From positions 248,001 to 312,000 of the forward strand of contig OZ025727.1 in NCBI GenBank assembly GCA_964019335.1: a stretch of 64,000 bases of DNA, given 5' to 3'. Each line of letters opens with the position of its first letter. The stretch's first letter is position 1. The position numbers and the translations under genes were made by a program. Under the pieces are notes generated by a model. The model was not told the DNA's origin, made no database searches, and was given only the letters and a program-made list of their open reading frames with translations. This document shows positions 20,229 through 30,792 of the stretch, in pieces. The stretch comes from Diplonema japonicum. Its lineage: Eukaryota > Protista > Euglenozoa: Diplonemea.

Positions 20229-20467
20229 GTGTTGAATTCCGCCCTAGCCTAGCCTTACCACCTTTCGGGGGCCATGTTTCCGATCCGTTGAAATGAGGAA
20301 ATATCTGAATCCCGTAGGTAGGTCTTGTGAGTGGCTGCTTCAACGGGGGCTAAGTTCAGCTCGGCCGGTGAGCGCAAAAACGTACCTTAAATAAGAGTTT
20401 TCTTTTTTCCTTTTTTTTTCTCTTTTTTTTCAAGCTGAAAGGACTGAAGGTAGGCACGCCACCGGCG

Positions 20468-20505
20468 GGCCGTTGCTAACCACTTCGTTCCTGTCATAGT
20501 GAATT
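20468..20505 (+). repeat. 38-bp dispersed motif, copy 1
   Basis: GGCCGTTGCTAACCACTTCGTTCCTRTCATAGTGAATT; one mismatch to 38663-38700. Confidence 0.8.
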
Positions 20506-20561
20506 TTTTTCCGGTGGGAGGGGGTCCGAGAGGGGTCCTGTATCTCTTTTTTTCTTTGGAA

Positions 20562-20686
20562 GGTGGTGGGGATAACATGGAAATATAAGAAGTACATCAG
20601 ATGTGTTGTACGCTGTTGACCTCCCCGTCGGTCATCACCGGTAGCGCCCGAGTGGATGCAGATGCTCAGGGTGACGAACAGGCAGC
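20562..20686 (+). ncRNA. HDV-like self-cleaving ribozyme, family 1, complete
   Basis: P1 GGUGGUG(20562-68)/CAUCACC(20633-39). P2 GCUGUUG(20612-18)/CAGGCAGC(20679-86, one bulge). P3 ACC/GGU around L3 UCCCCGUC. P1.1 CC/GG(20640-41). P4 CGCCCGAGU/GCUCAGGGUG. J4/2 ACGAA with putative catalytic C20675. Confidence 0.82.
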
Positions 20687-20876
20687 AAACTGCACGAGCG
20701 CAGAATCTTGGTTACCCGGGGCGCCCCGGCTAGGGCTGAGTTGTACACCGCACGCATTAAGGACACAGCGCGGAACGCAGAAGAAGCTACTGCTCGGCCG
20801 AGGAGCACCCCCTGTAATCAAGTAGACTGTGCCTGCAGTTGCTTGAACGCCAGGCGGTTTATAAGCAACCAAAGTC
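20562..20876 (+). mobile_element. Ribozyme-headed short non-autonomous retroelement (SINE/SIDE-like), copy 1
   Basis: Closely similar to the 54305 copy from ribozyme G1 to CAAGTAGAC. Unique 3' hairpin at 20825-20876, then a (TTC)n/T tract. Confidence 0.78.
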
Positions 20877-21454
20877 ATTCTTCTTCTTCTTTCTTTCTTC
20901 TTTTTTTTTTTACACTACCTAGCTCCCTAAATGACAAGGAGGTAAGCGGTGAGAATGGTCATTCTGCAAAACCGTTTCAAATAAGTAAGAAGGGGCGATA
21001 GGTGTTTCTGGTTTTATTTATTTTATTTATTTATCCACGTTTCTTTCCAAGCACAGCGCAAAATATTCTTTTGATATATTCTTTTTGTTGTTTTCGTCCA
21101 TTCAACACCACCCACGTTGTCACACAGAGAATCACACACAAAAAAGCACCACCTCGAGAGGTGTCTTACAGCGGGCGCCATCTGGAAGCATGTCCACAAG
21201 CAACGAGCTGACCTGATAGGTGCGGCTGACTGCTTCTTCGTGGGCCGTAGACAGGTATCCACGAGGCACCGAAGTTACTGGACAGCACTCGTATGACCTG
21301 TACAGTCACGGTACTGTCTTTCGACAGCAGAACATTCACCCCACTACGGACAGCCGCCTTCGTCGACAGGTTCCACATGTTCACCTCGACCTGCCCTGCG
21401 TTCTCGTAGGTGTCTTGTGGAGCGAAGTTCAGATCCAGCGTCGTCGGTAAGTAC

Positions 21455-21760
21455 GAAGCAGAGGGCACGAAACTCCACGTTGCAGCAGCAACAGGCCACA
21501 TCGATTCTGTGAAGCATGATGAAGCAGCCTTGGGCGGCCACGTTGCTATTGTGAAGTACCTCATCGATGTATGCAAGCAGAGCCCTGATACGGTGTGCCA
21601 CGTCAAATCTACACTGCTCTCCATGCTGCTATCGTGAGTACCTCATTGAGGTTCATCATCCTGGTGTCAAGGACATCTACAGCAATGACCCTTAGCAGGG
21701 CAACATTCCCATGCTCTGGGAACACTCTTGTGATGGATTACCTCATCGAGGTTCATCATC
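21455..21760 (+). pseudogene. Decayed ankyrin-repeat gene
   Basis: TKLHVAAATGHIDSVK and AALGGHVAIVKYLID, plus out-of-frame EYLIEVHH / DYLIEVHH repeats, interrupted by stops and frameshifts. Confidence 0.6.
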
Positions 21761-21890
21761 AAGTCCAGTAGTATAGATATCTTGAAACGGATCACTTTGT
21801 CTATTATTTCCTGAGTTATAGATCCACTGAAAACATTGCACCGCAGGCACCAGACAGCAACCGCAGAACGGTGACCGATTAGTGTGGATT

Positions 21891-21940
21891 TCTTCCTGAA
21901 CAGTGAGCACCCACCCGCACACCCGAAATTTATCAAATTT
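21891..21940 (+). repeat. GAACRGTGAGCACC motif, copy 2
   Basis: TCTTCCTGAACAGTGAGCACCCACCCGCACACCCGAAATTTATCAA is almost identical to 47299-47346. Confidence 0.8.
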
Positions 21941-22063
21941 AGTGTGGGTTCAGCCCATTTTATTTTGGCACGTCGTTAAGAGAGCCTTAGGAAGTATTGG
22001 ACGATTCAGTTCAACAGAATTGACAAAAAAAAAAAAAAAAAAAAAAAAACGGGAAAGGGGAAA

Positions 22064-23263
22064 ATGGTTTTATTCGCTGCCATGTGCTGTGCTGCATGGG
22101 CAGTCCACCCTGCTCCTGTGCCTCCTTTGCTGACTGCTGACATTGAAACGGTTATGGCTGAAAAGAACGCCTTCAAAGGCACCACGAAGGGCAGGGTAGT
22201 CTACGATCGCAATAAAAAGCTGCAGAGCAAGCTGGGTATTGGCAACGCTGGTGTAACTGTCCCAGCTTCTTGGGAAGGAACGGCAAAAGGGACAATGGAG
22301 AGCGCGTCGTACTACTTCGGGACAGAGGTGTTCGTTCAGATGAACGAAAGGAACTACATTCAGCCTCCCTCGAAGATTTACCCTGACCTCTTCGAGTGGG
22401 TCCCTGCGTCCTCCTTCGTCAGGAACACCACCATCAACAACATCGCAGTGAGGGAGTACTTCCTCTATGTCCCCGACGTCGGTGAGTTTCGCTACTTCAG
22501 CACCCCCGAGGACACCATTGTAAGGACGGCCATGAACCTCTCTGCCCCTGGCCTCCCTGGTGTTCCCCGTGTTCACATCTTCATCCAAGACACGTACAGC
22601 AACGTCAGCTACACAGTGGACCCCACAGTCTTCACTTCATTCAACAAAACGGCTGGACTGGACCCTCCTGTGTGTGCTGGACCGAGCAACCCCCCACCCG
22701 TCACCCTTGACATGTACATCTTCCACCCGCGTGACAACGCAACTCTTGTCAATCAGAACACTGCCGATATCATGGGGGACACGAACTTCGTGTGTCTGGA
22801 TGCCCTGTCGAACCACACGGCTCGGGACCACTACGATGTGGCATCGTGGTACAAGGTGGAGGTTCTTCCTGTTTGGGGTCAGTACCAGCTGTGCAATGGG
22901 TACCCTGGGGATTGTATGGGGGCTGAAAATAAACGCATTGGAAGGGAGCTTGCCTTCGGCGTGACACAGTTTGGGGGACAGTGCAACGAGGAGGATGCCA
23001 ATGAAGTTGGTGTGTGGTGGTCGATGCCTGCTGATGGGGAGTGCAAGGAGGGACAGGTTCCTTCTGAGGGAGTGTGCTCGTGGAGGGTGGTTCGCAGGGT
23101 GAAGACGATCGATGCTGTGAAGTGCCTGTTTGGGGAGCTGGGGATGCTTGACTCGTGCAGGAAGGAGCAAAGGCCTCCCTACCCAGTGACCAGCGATATG
23201 TACAGGCGGGCCTTCACAGAGGACAGCGTGGCGCAGAGGGGCTGCCCTCCCATCAACCCGTAG
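22064..23263 (+). CDS. Family A secreted protein, copy 3
   Basis: Paralogue; carries private patches NATLVNQN and DCMGAENKRI inside the otherwise constant half. Confidence 0.9.
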   Translation: MVLFAAMCCAAWAVHPAPVPPLLTADIETVMAEKNAFKGTTKGRVVYDRNKKLQSKLGIGNAGVTVPASWEGTAKGTMESASYYFGTEVFVQMNERNYIQPPSKIYPDLFEWVPASSFVRNTTINNIAVREYFLYVPDVGEFRYFSTPEDTIVRTAMNLSAPGLPGVPRVHIFIQDTYSNVSYTVDPTVFTSFNKTAGLDPPVCAGPSNPPPVTLDMYIFHPRDNATLVNQNTADIMGDTNFVCLDALSNHTARDHYDVASWYKVEVLPVWGQYQLCNGYPGDCMGAENKRIGRELAFGVTQFGGQCNEEDANEVGVWWSMPADGECKEGQVPSEGVCSWRVVRRVKTIDAVKCLFGELGMLDSCRKEQRPPYPVTSDMYRRAFTEDSVAQRGCPPINP

Positions 23264-23572
23264 GACGCGATAAATCCTTAAGGACACCTTGGAAGGTGAA
23301 GCACAAAATTAGAATCAATCTTTTTACTCTTTTGGTGGCAAGATGGGCTTTGCCTGATGGTGATGAGCCGTCCTGCGCCACCATCCCCGAGATACCTCTT
23401 ACATGCAAACACATAATAATCAAACGTAATGCAAGAATTACTAAAAGTGTCTAGCCAGCTTTTTTTTCCCAAAAAAGTTTGTGCGTACGAGACCTCCTGA
23501 GGACCTGGGTGCACCACAAACAAACACGGACAAGAGACCCTTGTTCTCGTCAACCCAAACAGCTCCCTATTT

Positions 23573-23695
23573 GGAGGGACTGCGACCGATGTTCTTCGCG
23601 CAGATGCCGTCTATGAACCCCGACGGCCGGCACCAGGATGCAAACGCAGAATGGCAACAGGCACGTGTAGGATCCCCAGTCCACGATGGGCACCA
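23573..23695 (+). repeat. GC-rich element upstream of family A copy 4
   Basis: Homologous to 15027-15122. Confidence 0.65.
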
Positions 23696-23952
23696 ACCAG
23701 CGCACCGCAAAATAGATCGAGTTTTTTCTTAACCTCCTTTGACTCAATAACAAATACCGGATTTGGAACATAATAATTACGCAGCAGCATAAATGCACGT
23801 TGTACTGGTCGTCCTCATCTACACAACAAATAAGAAAGATATGAATAGTTTCGGTACGTATTCCCTATCTCCTCCCTCTCTCTTTTTAGTTTTATACTTT
23901 TGTACGTCATGCAAGCAGGCAAAAGGGAGAAGAAGAAAAGGAGAAAAGAAAA

Positions 23953-25146
23953 ATGTTATTACTCGCCATGTGTTGCGCTGCAGCAGGGGCCGTCCACCCT
24001 GCACCGGTATCACCTGCGCTGACAGCTGACGTCGTCTCCCGTAACATTTTCTCTGGATCGTCCAGAACTGAAAAGGGTATTGTGACCTACGATCGGTTCA
24101 ACCAGAGACAGGCAAGGCTCATGAATGATGATGCAGCAACCAGAGTGCCTGTTTCTTGGGAGGGAACACCAAAGGCTGTGATGCTTACATCAAACTACTA
24201 CCTGGGCCTAGATGTGTTTCTGCAGCTGAACGACAGGAACTACCCTCAGGCACCGCAGAAGGCCTTCCCCGACATGTTCGCGTGGGTCCCCGCAACAAGC
24301 TTCGTCAGGAACACCACCATCAACAACATCGCAGTGCAGGAGTACTTCCTCAAAGCCCCGTCGGGGACTTTCTACTACTACAGCACCCCCGATGGTGTTC
24401 CTGTCAGAACGCACATGAATCTCACCATCCCAGGCCTTCCAGGCCAGCCACCCGTGAGGGCTGTCCTCCAAGACACCTTCAGCAACGTCAGCTACGCAAT
24501 AGACCCCACAGTCTTCACTTCATTCAACAGAACGGCAGCCCTGGACCCTCCTGTGTGTGCTGGACCGAGCAACCCCCCACCCGTCACCCTTGACATGTAC
24601 ATCTTCCACCCGCGTGACAACGTCACCATCAGCAACCAGGACACTGCCGATATCATGGGGGACACGAACTTCGTGTGTCTGGATGCCCTGTCGAACCACA
24701 CGGCTCAGGACCACTACGATGTGGCATCGTGGTACAAGGTGGAGGTTCTTCCTGTTTGGGGTCAGTACCAGCTGTGCAATGGGTACCCTGGGCAGTGCAT
24801 GGGGTCGAACACACACCTTGTCGGAAGGGAGCTTGCCTTCGGCGTGACACAGTTTGGGGGACAGTGCAACGAGGAGGATGCCAATGAAGTTGGTGTGTGG
24901 TGGTCGATGCCTGCTGATGGGGAGTGCAAGGAGGGACAGGTTCCTTCTGAGGGAGTGTGCTCGTGGAGGGTGGTTCGCAGGGTGAAGACGATCGATGCTG
25001 TGAAGTGCCTGTTTGGGGAGCTGGGGATGCTTGACTCGTGCAGGAAGGAGCAAAGGCCTCCCTACCCAGTGACCAGCGATATGTACAGGCGGGCCTTCAC
25101 AGAGGACAGCGTGGCGCAGAGGGGCTGCCCTCCCATCAACCCTTAA
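23953..25146 (+). CDS. Family A secreted protein, copy 4
   Basis: Paralogue; closest to copy 5, with shared flanking blocks. Confidence 0.9.
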   Translation: MLLLAMCCAAAGAVHPAPVSPALTADVVSRNIFSGSSRTEKGIVTYDRFNQRQARLMNDDAATRVPVSWEGTPKAVMLTSNYYLGLDVFLQLNDRNYPQAPQKAFPDMFAWVPATSFVRNTTINNIAVQEYFLKAPSGTFYYYSTPDGVPVRTHMNLTIPGLPGQPPVRAVLQDTFSNVSYAIDPTVFTSFNRTAALDPPVCAGPSNPPPVTLDMYIFHPRDNVTISNQDTADIMGDTNFVCLDALSNHTAQDHYDVASWYKVEVLPVWGQYQLCNGYPGQCMGSNTHLVGRELAFGVTQFGGQCNEEDANEVGVWWSMPADGECKEGQVPSEGVCSWRVVRRVKTIDAVKCLFGELGMLDSCRKEQRPPYPVTSDMYRRAFTEDSVAQRGCPPINP

Positions 25147-25261
25147 AACGCGAAAAGTGGTTTTGTACGAAATAGTCGATTTTACATTTGCATCTTTTTA
25201 AAAAAGAAGATCCCGTTTTTGCATTGTATCTCGTGTTTTTAAGTGCTGAGTGTTTTTTCAA

Positions 25262-25369
25262 GGTGGTGGGGATAACATGAAAATATTTGAGAAAAATATC
25301 AGATGTGTTCGCTGTTGACCTCCTCGTCGGTCATCACCGGTAGCGCCCGAGTAGAAGATCATAATGCAG
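25262..25369 (+). mobile_element. 3'-truncated ribozyme-headed element (HDV-like family 1, lacks J4/2 and the 3' strand of P2)
   Basis: GGTGGTGGGGATAACATG...GACCTCCTCGTCGGTCATCACCGGTAGCGCCCGAGT; homology ends in the P4 loop. Confidence 0.78.
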
Positions 25370-25550
25370 GCTTCAAGTGGGATGCCCTAACGTCGTTTTT
25401 TTTTTCTTTTCGTTTTCTCATCAAAACACCAGATACCAATAGGGGTGTTTTTCTATTCGTTATTACTGTTTCGATGCAATACTGCTTTTACTGATTCTTT
25501 TTGAATTTGAATTTTTTTTTGGGGGGGGTTTTTTTTTGTTGCTGACCCTC

Positions 25551-25685
25551 GTCGCTCGGAGCGAGGAGGAAGCTGAACTCACGGATAGAGGGAGGACGGA
25601 CAGGGCGAAGGGGGCGCTCAATTGCGATGTTTGTGATGCTACGACGGTAGCACGGTCAGGCTGGGAGTGCGAGATCTCAAGCTGA
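25551..25685 (+). mobile_element. Possible degenerate LINE zinc-knuckle relic
   Basis: Reads ARSEEEAE..ALNCDVCDATTVARSGWEC, resembling GRSEEEED..GFECDLC..YEC of the 45765 ORF. Confidence 0.3.
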
Positions 25686-26028
25686 CCCCGCAGCTCAGGG
25701 AGAACAGTGACCAGGTACTGCACAAGGCGGTGGGCAGTTGCTTCCTATCGTAGTGTGAATTGTTTTTTCCCCCCTCCGGCATACATTGATGAAAAAAAAA
25801 AGGGAGGGAACCACGTCCAAGAAGCTTTTTCACAGTTTCTTTTCTTTCTTTCTTTTTTTTTTTCCTTAACCTCTTTTGACTCATATGACAAATACCGGAT
25901 TTGAATCGTATGAATAGTTTAGTTCGCATGGAGCCCCCTCTCTCTTTATAATTTTGTACTTTTGTGCGTCACATCAGCATGAGAAGAAAAGAAGGGAGAA
26001 GAAGAAAAGAACAAGGAGGGGAAAAAAA

Positions 26029-27228
26029 ATGTTATTACTCGCCATGTGTTGCGCTGCAGCAGGGGCCGTCCACCCTGCACCGGTATCACCTTTGCTGACA
26101 GCTGACGTAGCCTCCCTTACCATTTACTCTGGATCGTCCTTCAGAAAGTACGAAAAGGGTTATGTAGTCTACGATCGCGCTAACCAGCAACAGGCAAGGC
26201 TCATGAATGATGATGCAGCAACCAGAGTGCCTGTTTCTTGGGAGGGAACACCAAAGGCTGTGATGCTTACATCAAACTACTACCTGGGCCTAGATGTGTT
26301 TCTGCAGCTGAACGACAGGAACTACCCTCAGGCACCGCAGAAGGCCTTCCCCGACATGTTCGCGTGGGTCCCCGCAACAAGCTTCGTCAGGAACACCACC
26401 ATCAACAACATCGCAGTGCAGGAGTACTTCCTCAAAGCCCCGTCGGGGACTTTCTACTACTACAGCACCCCCGATGGTGTTCCTGTCAGAACAGACATGA
26501 ATCTCACCATCCCAGGCCTTCCAGGCCAGCCACCCGTGAGAGTTGTCCTCCAAGACACCTTCAGCAACGTCAGCTACACAGTGGACCCCACAGTCTTCAC
26601 TTCATTCAACAGAACGGCAGCCCTGGACCCTCCTGTGTGTGCTGGACCGAGCAACCCCCCACCCGTCACCCTTGACATGTACATCTTCCACCCGCGTGAC
26701 AACGTCACCATCAGCAACCAGGACACTGCCGATATCTTGGGGGACACGAACTTCGTGTGTCTGGATGCCCTGTCGAACCACACGGCTCAGGACCACTACG
26801 ATGTGGCATCGTGGTACAAGGTGGAGGTTCTTCCTGTTTGGGGTCAGTACCAGCTGTGCAATGGGTACCCTGGGCAGTGCATGGGGTCGAACACACACCT
26901 TGTCGGAAGGGAGCTTGCCTTCGGCGTGACACAGTTTGGGGGACAGTGCAACGAGGAGGATGCCAATGAAGTTGGTGTGTGGTGGTCGATGCCTGCTGAT
27001 GGGGAGTGCAAGGAGGGACAGGTTCCTTCTGAGGGAGTGTGCTCGTGGAGGGTGGTTCGCAGGGTGAAGACGATCGATGCTGTGAAGTGCCTGTTTGGGG
27101 AGCTGGGGATGCTTGACTCGTGCAGGAAGGAGCAAAGGCCTCCCTACCCAGTGACCAGCGATATGTACAGGCGGGCCTTCACAGAGGACAGCGTGGCGCA
27201 GAGGGGCTGTCCTCCCATCAACCCGTAG
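26029..27228 (+). CDS. Family A secreted protein, copy 5
   Basis: Start MLLLAMCC at 26029 by analogy with copy 4. Confidence 0.9.
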   Translation: MLLLAMCCAAAGAVHPAPVSPLLTADVASLTIYSGSSFRKYEKGYVVYDRANQQQARLMNDDAATRVPVSWEGTPKAVMLTSNYYLGLDVFLQLNDRNYPQAPQKAFPDMFAWVPATSFVRNTTINNIAVQEYFLKAPSGTFYYYSTPDGVPVRTDMNLTIPGLPGQPPVRVVLQDTFSNVSYTVDPTVFTSFNRTAALDPPVCAGPSNPPPVTLDMYIFHPRDNVTISNQDTADILGDTNFVCLDALSNHTAQDHYDVASWYKVEVLPVWGQYQLCNGYPGQCMGSNTHLVGRELAFGVTQFGGQCNEEDANEVGVWWSMPADGECKEGQVPSEGVCSWRVVRRVKTIDAVKCLFGELGMLDSCRKEQRPPYPVTSDMYRRAFTEDSVAQRGCPPINP

Positions 27229-27299
27229 GACTTTTTAATAAAAAGTCTTTTTTCCTTTTTAGCACAAGTACGCTGGGTATTCTTTCTAATTACTGTAAA

Positions 27300-27365
27300 G
27301 TGAAAAACTCCCGGACAACCGTCAGGATTATTTTGACGTCCGGGAGTTTGTCCGACATTTTTCAC
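27300..27365. repeat. Short palindrome/hairpin
   Basis: AAACTCCCGGAC/GTCCGGGAGTTT perfect 12-bp inverted repeat, with GTGAAAAA/TTTTTCAC termini. Confidence 0.55.
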
Positions 27366-27888
27366 GTTTTTGCAGTATTTCTTAACTTTTTTCCTTCAGA
27401 GATGTGTATCGGTAGGTAGGTAGCCATAGGAGGGAAGGCCTTAAGTGGGATGCCCTTAACATCGCTTTTTTTTTTTCTTCTTGTTTCATCAAAACACCAG
27501 ATACCAATAGGGGGGGGGGGGGGGGGGGTGGTGGTGTTTTTCATTCTTACTGTTTCGATGCAATACTGCTTTTACTGATTCTTTTTGAATGAACTTTTTT
27601 TTGTGGGGGGGGGAAGAAAAAAAAGAAGAAACAAGCTTTTTTACCCCTGCTTCAATGGTTGTCACAACTGCACTGGTGGGAGAAGGACACCACCAGCCAA
27701 GATGTGAAGAGAAAAAGCAGCTTTGGAAAAGTAAATAACCCCCCCCCCCCCCGACCTCCTTTTTTTTCCTATCTCTTTTTTTTTAAGTATTGATATGTTG
27801 GTTTTTCTTTTTTTTCTTTTTTTTTTCGCATACACAAAAAAAAAAGGAGGGGGTGGGCTAAAATATAAAATACAAAAAAGAAAAAAAA

Positions 27889-28353
27889 ATGCCTCTCCCA
27901 GCGAGACGCCCTTGCGGAAGCCTCATGGACACCTACGGGGAGGACTTCACCGACATGTCTTGTTCTTCTTCAAGCTTAAGCAGTGCGTCTGTCATGTCAG
28001 CCGGTAGTGTAACAAGCCAAGAAGTCGTGAAGGAGTACATAAGGCTGAAACATGAGGAAGAGGGCCCTCTGCGTAGTGGCTCCGGAAGGAGTAGAGGCAC
28101 TGCTGGAACAAAGACTTCTTCCTCCTGGGCCCACGAGCCTCTGGAAGGGGTCTTTCGCTCGGGCTTCTTCTGCAGTGACTTCAGCGCAAGGAGCAAGTCT
28201 TCATCCTGTGTCCACTTCCCACAAAGAAAGACGAAGTTCTCCCCTCCTGGAGTAGAGGACACACTCCGATCTAGAAAAGAGGTAACAACACCAGGCCCTG
28301 GATCGTACACCCCTGTATACAGCGTATTGTCGCGGGTTTCACCCTTTGCTTAG
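27889..28353 (+). CDS. Small Ser-rich protein with one C-terminal PGPGxY (SHIPPO/PG-rich-like) motif
   Basis: 154-aa ORF with mixed-base composition bounded by homopolymer tracts; TPGPGSYTP. Confidence 0.55.
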   Translation: MPLPARRPCGSLMDTYGEDFTDMSCSSSSLSSASVMSAGSVTSQEVVKEYIRLKHEEEGPLRSGSGRSRGTAGTKTSSSWAHEPLEGVFRSGFFCSDFSARSKSSSCVHFPQRKTKFSPPGVEDTLRSRKEVTTPGPGSYTPVYSVLSRVSPFA

Positions 28354-28606
28354 AATTCTTTTTTTTTTTTTTTTTTTTTTTTTGTGTTGTTTTTCTTTTT
28401 TTTTTGTTTTTTTTTTTTCTTTTTTTCTTCTTTTTTTCCTCCCCCTTCTATTTAGACATTGTAAAAGAATATAAAAAAAAAAAAAATCTCCCTTTTTTTT
28501 TTTTTTTTTTTTTTATTTTTTTTTTTTATTCTCAAACAAAAAAGATTTTTTCCACCAAAAAAAGGGGGGGGAAGGGGGCCCCTTTAGAAAAAAAATAAAA
28601 TAAAAT

Positions 28607-29575
28607 ATGTCGGCTAAAACAACGCTATTCTACTTATCAGTGTGCAGCATTGCGTCCGGACAGGTATACGACATAATGTACACGGACATAGTACAGGACC
28701 AGTACGCATACTGGGGGGTGACAGGCTTTGGAACACCAACCTGCTGCCAGGCAACCTACATATACGGATCCGGCCTGAACCCGACACAAGGCTATCTAGC
28801 AGTGAACAAAAGCTACTTAATAGCATGGGTGGGCGACCCTTTAACGAACACTCACGAGCAGCTATTAGGCGTTAACAAAGGCCCCGGAGAAAATGTCTTC
28901 TCACAGATATACAGAGGAGATGTCTACCGGTATTTCTCAATAGGCAAACCACCGTCTTCACCTTGTGTTGGCGAGAACAATCTGACTGCACTATACGCAC
29001 GGAATGACAACAGAGCTGAGATAATTTTTGGGTGTCTGGACATTACATCAGGTATTACTTTTGCGATATCCTCGAGGATGGACCCATACAGAGTCGCAGA
29101 TCAAGGTGGATCAGGCCACTTCAAGTTTGGAGGAGGGTTATATGATTCTGAAAGGGATGTTTTGTGGAGTACCTGGCATCAGGATATTCCACCTTATTCT
29201 CACGTTCAGGTGCGTATTAATGGGAATGGTAGTGGGTTTCAAGAAGTAGCTTCGGAGGAGGCGACATATGGGGATTACTGTGTGTTTTCTAAGGAATTTC
29301 TTTACTACCCGTGTTTGGTGTCGGGGTCCTTGACCGGGCCTTACGGGTACTTCAGCCCCACCACGTCGTCCTTCACGCAAATCCCCGGGGGTGATTTGAC
29401 TATTACTACTTTCGCGCAGGTGGCAAACACTACCGTTGCTATCGCTATCACGAGTGATTTTAGCGTGTATTCTATTAATTTGCAGTCTGGTGTCGTTACC
29501 CCGGCTGGGCGGCTTCAAGGTACTTATCTGCCTTCTTACTCCAAGGGTATTCTTGTTGCGTTTGGTGGAAAGTAG
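28607..29575 (+). CDS. Predicted secreted protein of unknown function
   Basis: 322-aa ORF with signal-like N-terminus (TLFYLSVCSIASG), several sequons and beta-rich composition. Confidence 0.75.
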   Translation: MSAKTTLFYLSVCSIASGQVYDIMYTDIVQDQYAYWGVTGFGTPTCCQATYIYGSGLNPTQGYLAVNKSYLIAWVGDPLTNTHEQLLGVNKGPGENVFSQIYRGDVYRYFSIGKPPSSPCVGENNLTALYARNDNRAEIIFGCLDITSGITFAISSRMDPYRVADQGGSGHFKFGGGLYDSERDVLWSTWHQDIPPYSHVQVRINGNGSGFQEVASEEATYGDYCVFSKEFLYYPCLVSGSLTGPYGYFSPTTSSFTQIPGGDLTITTFAQVANTTVAIAITSDFSVYSINLQSGVVTPAGRLQGTYLPSYSKGILVAFGGK

Positions 29576-30133
29576 AGGGGGTGTGGTTGGGGGGGGGTGA
29601 ATAGCAACATATCGTGCGTGAAAAAAAAAAAGAAAAGAAAATTTGCAAGTTGGGGGGGGGGGGGGGGGGGGTGTGCGTATTTTTTTTTGTTCTATTTTTT
29701 TTTTTTGATATTCTTTCTAAAATTTTGAAACAGAAAGTCCAGTGGTTCGACCTCCTGTCTTTTGATTCTTTCCTATTAAAGGTACTGAATGAAAGAGAGA
29801 TTCGAGTAAAAACTTTAAAAAAAAAAAAAGAAAAAAAAAAACCACCATTTATTCACGCAATGTAATCCTTGTGCCACGCTCTTGAAAAAGCAAAAAAAGA
29901 ATTCTTTTCTTTTGTTTTTCGTTGTGAATAAAAAATCAAAGCTATACATGAAATTCTGCTTTTTCTTTTTTTTTTTTTTTTTTTTTTTCTTTTTTGCATG
30001 AACAAGAAAAACAATATATTGATAATGAATTGTTATTGCTAAAAAGAGTTGTGGTAGCATTGTTGGGCTTCTCTTTCTACAGGTTAATCCCGCTGTGCAC
30101 AAACAACATTTTTTATATATATCTTTTCTTCTC

Positions 30134-30168
<35 letters not shown>

Positions 30169-30792
30169 TAATGGTAGCATGCAGTATTTATCTCAGGATT
30201 TATATTGCGAACAAGTGCTAAAACCTGACTCTTCCCTCCTTTTTATTTTGTGTAGTCCGGACGGAGCAACAATGCAACAAATTCACAAGGTGAAAACCCC
30301 CCTTTTCTTAACGTGTGTTTGAAGGAAGGGGATTCTGGTAAAAAGAGTTGCATGCCTTGCACACTGTCATGCCTTCTGCTTTTAAGTATTGGTGGTAAAC
30401 ACAGTGTGAAATTAAGGGGAACTGAAAAGGAGTACAAAAAGTGTATTAAAAAAAAAAAAAAAAAAAGTGCCAAAAAAGAAAACGTCTGAGTGGTGTTAAA
30501 TTTATTTTGAAGCAACAACGAAACACCCCCCCCCCCCCCCCCCCGCACTTTCCTTTCCAGCTCGGACAAGGCCCCCCCTCTCTCCATCCATGCCTTTCTT
30601 TGCAAGGTACCTGCTGGACGATTCTGTATTCCTTTTTTTTCTCTTGTTTCTCTTTTTTTTTTTATCTTTTTCTTTTTTTTTTTTTTTCTCCTTGTAATTG
30701 TGAGGAAATACCAACAGACAAAAGGGATACTGGGAGGGTGTGTGTGTGTGGTGTGGGGGAAGGGGGGGAGAAAAAAAAATAGTGTTCAAAAA

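Noticed and set aside
20286-20347. C/D snoRNA-like stretch with CCGTTGAA/TTCAACGG terminal stem
   Set aside because: Box C reads AUGAGGA, box D reads CUGC, and the spacing leaves no proper guide.
20601-20825. 74-77 aa ORF ending PPVIK (also 54344..54577)
   Set aside because: It overlaps the ribozyme core and its conservation is explained by the repeat. No protein motif is recognisable, though translation is not formally excluded.
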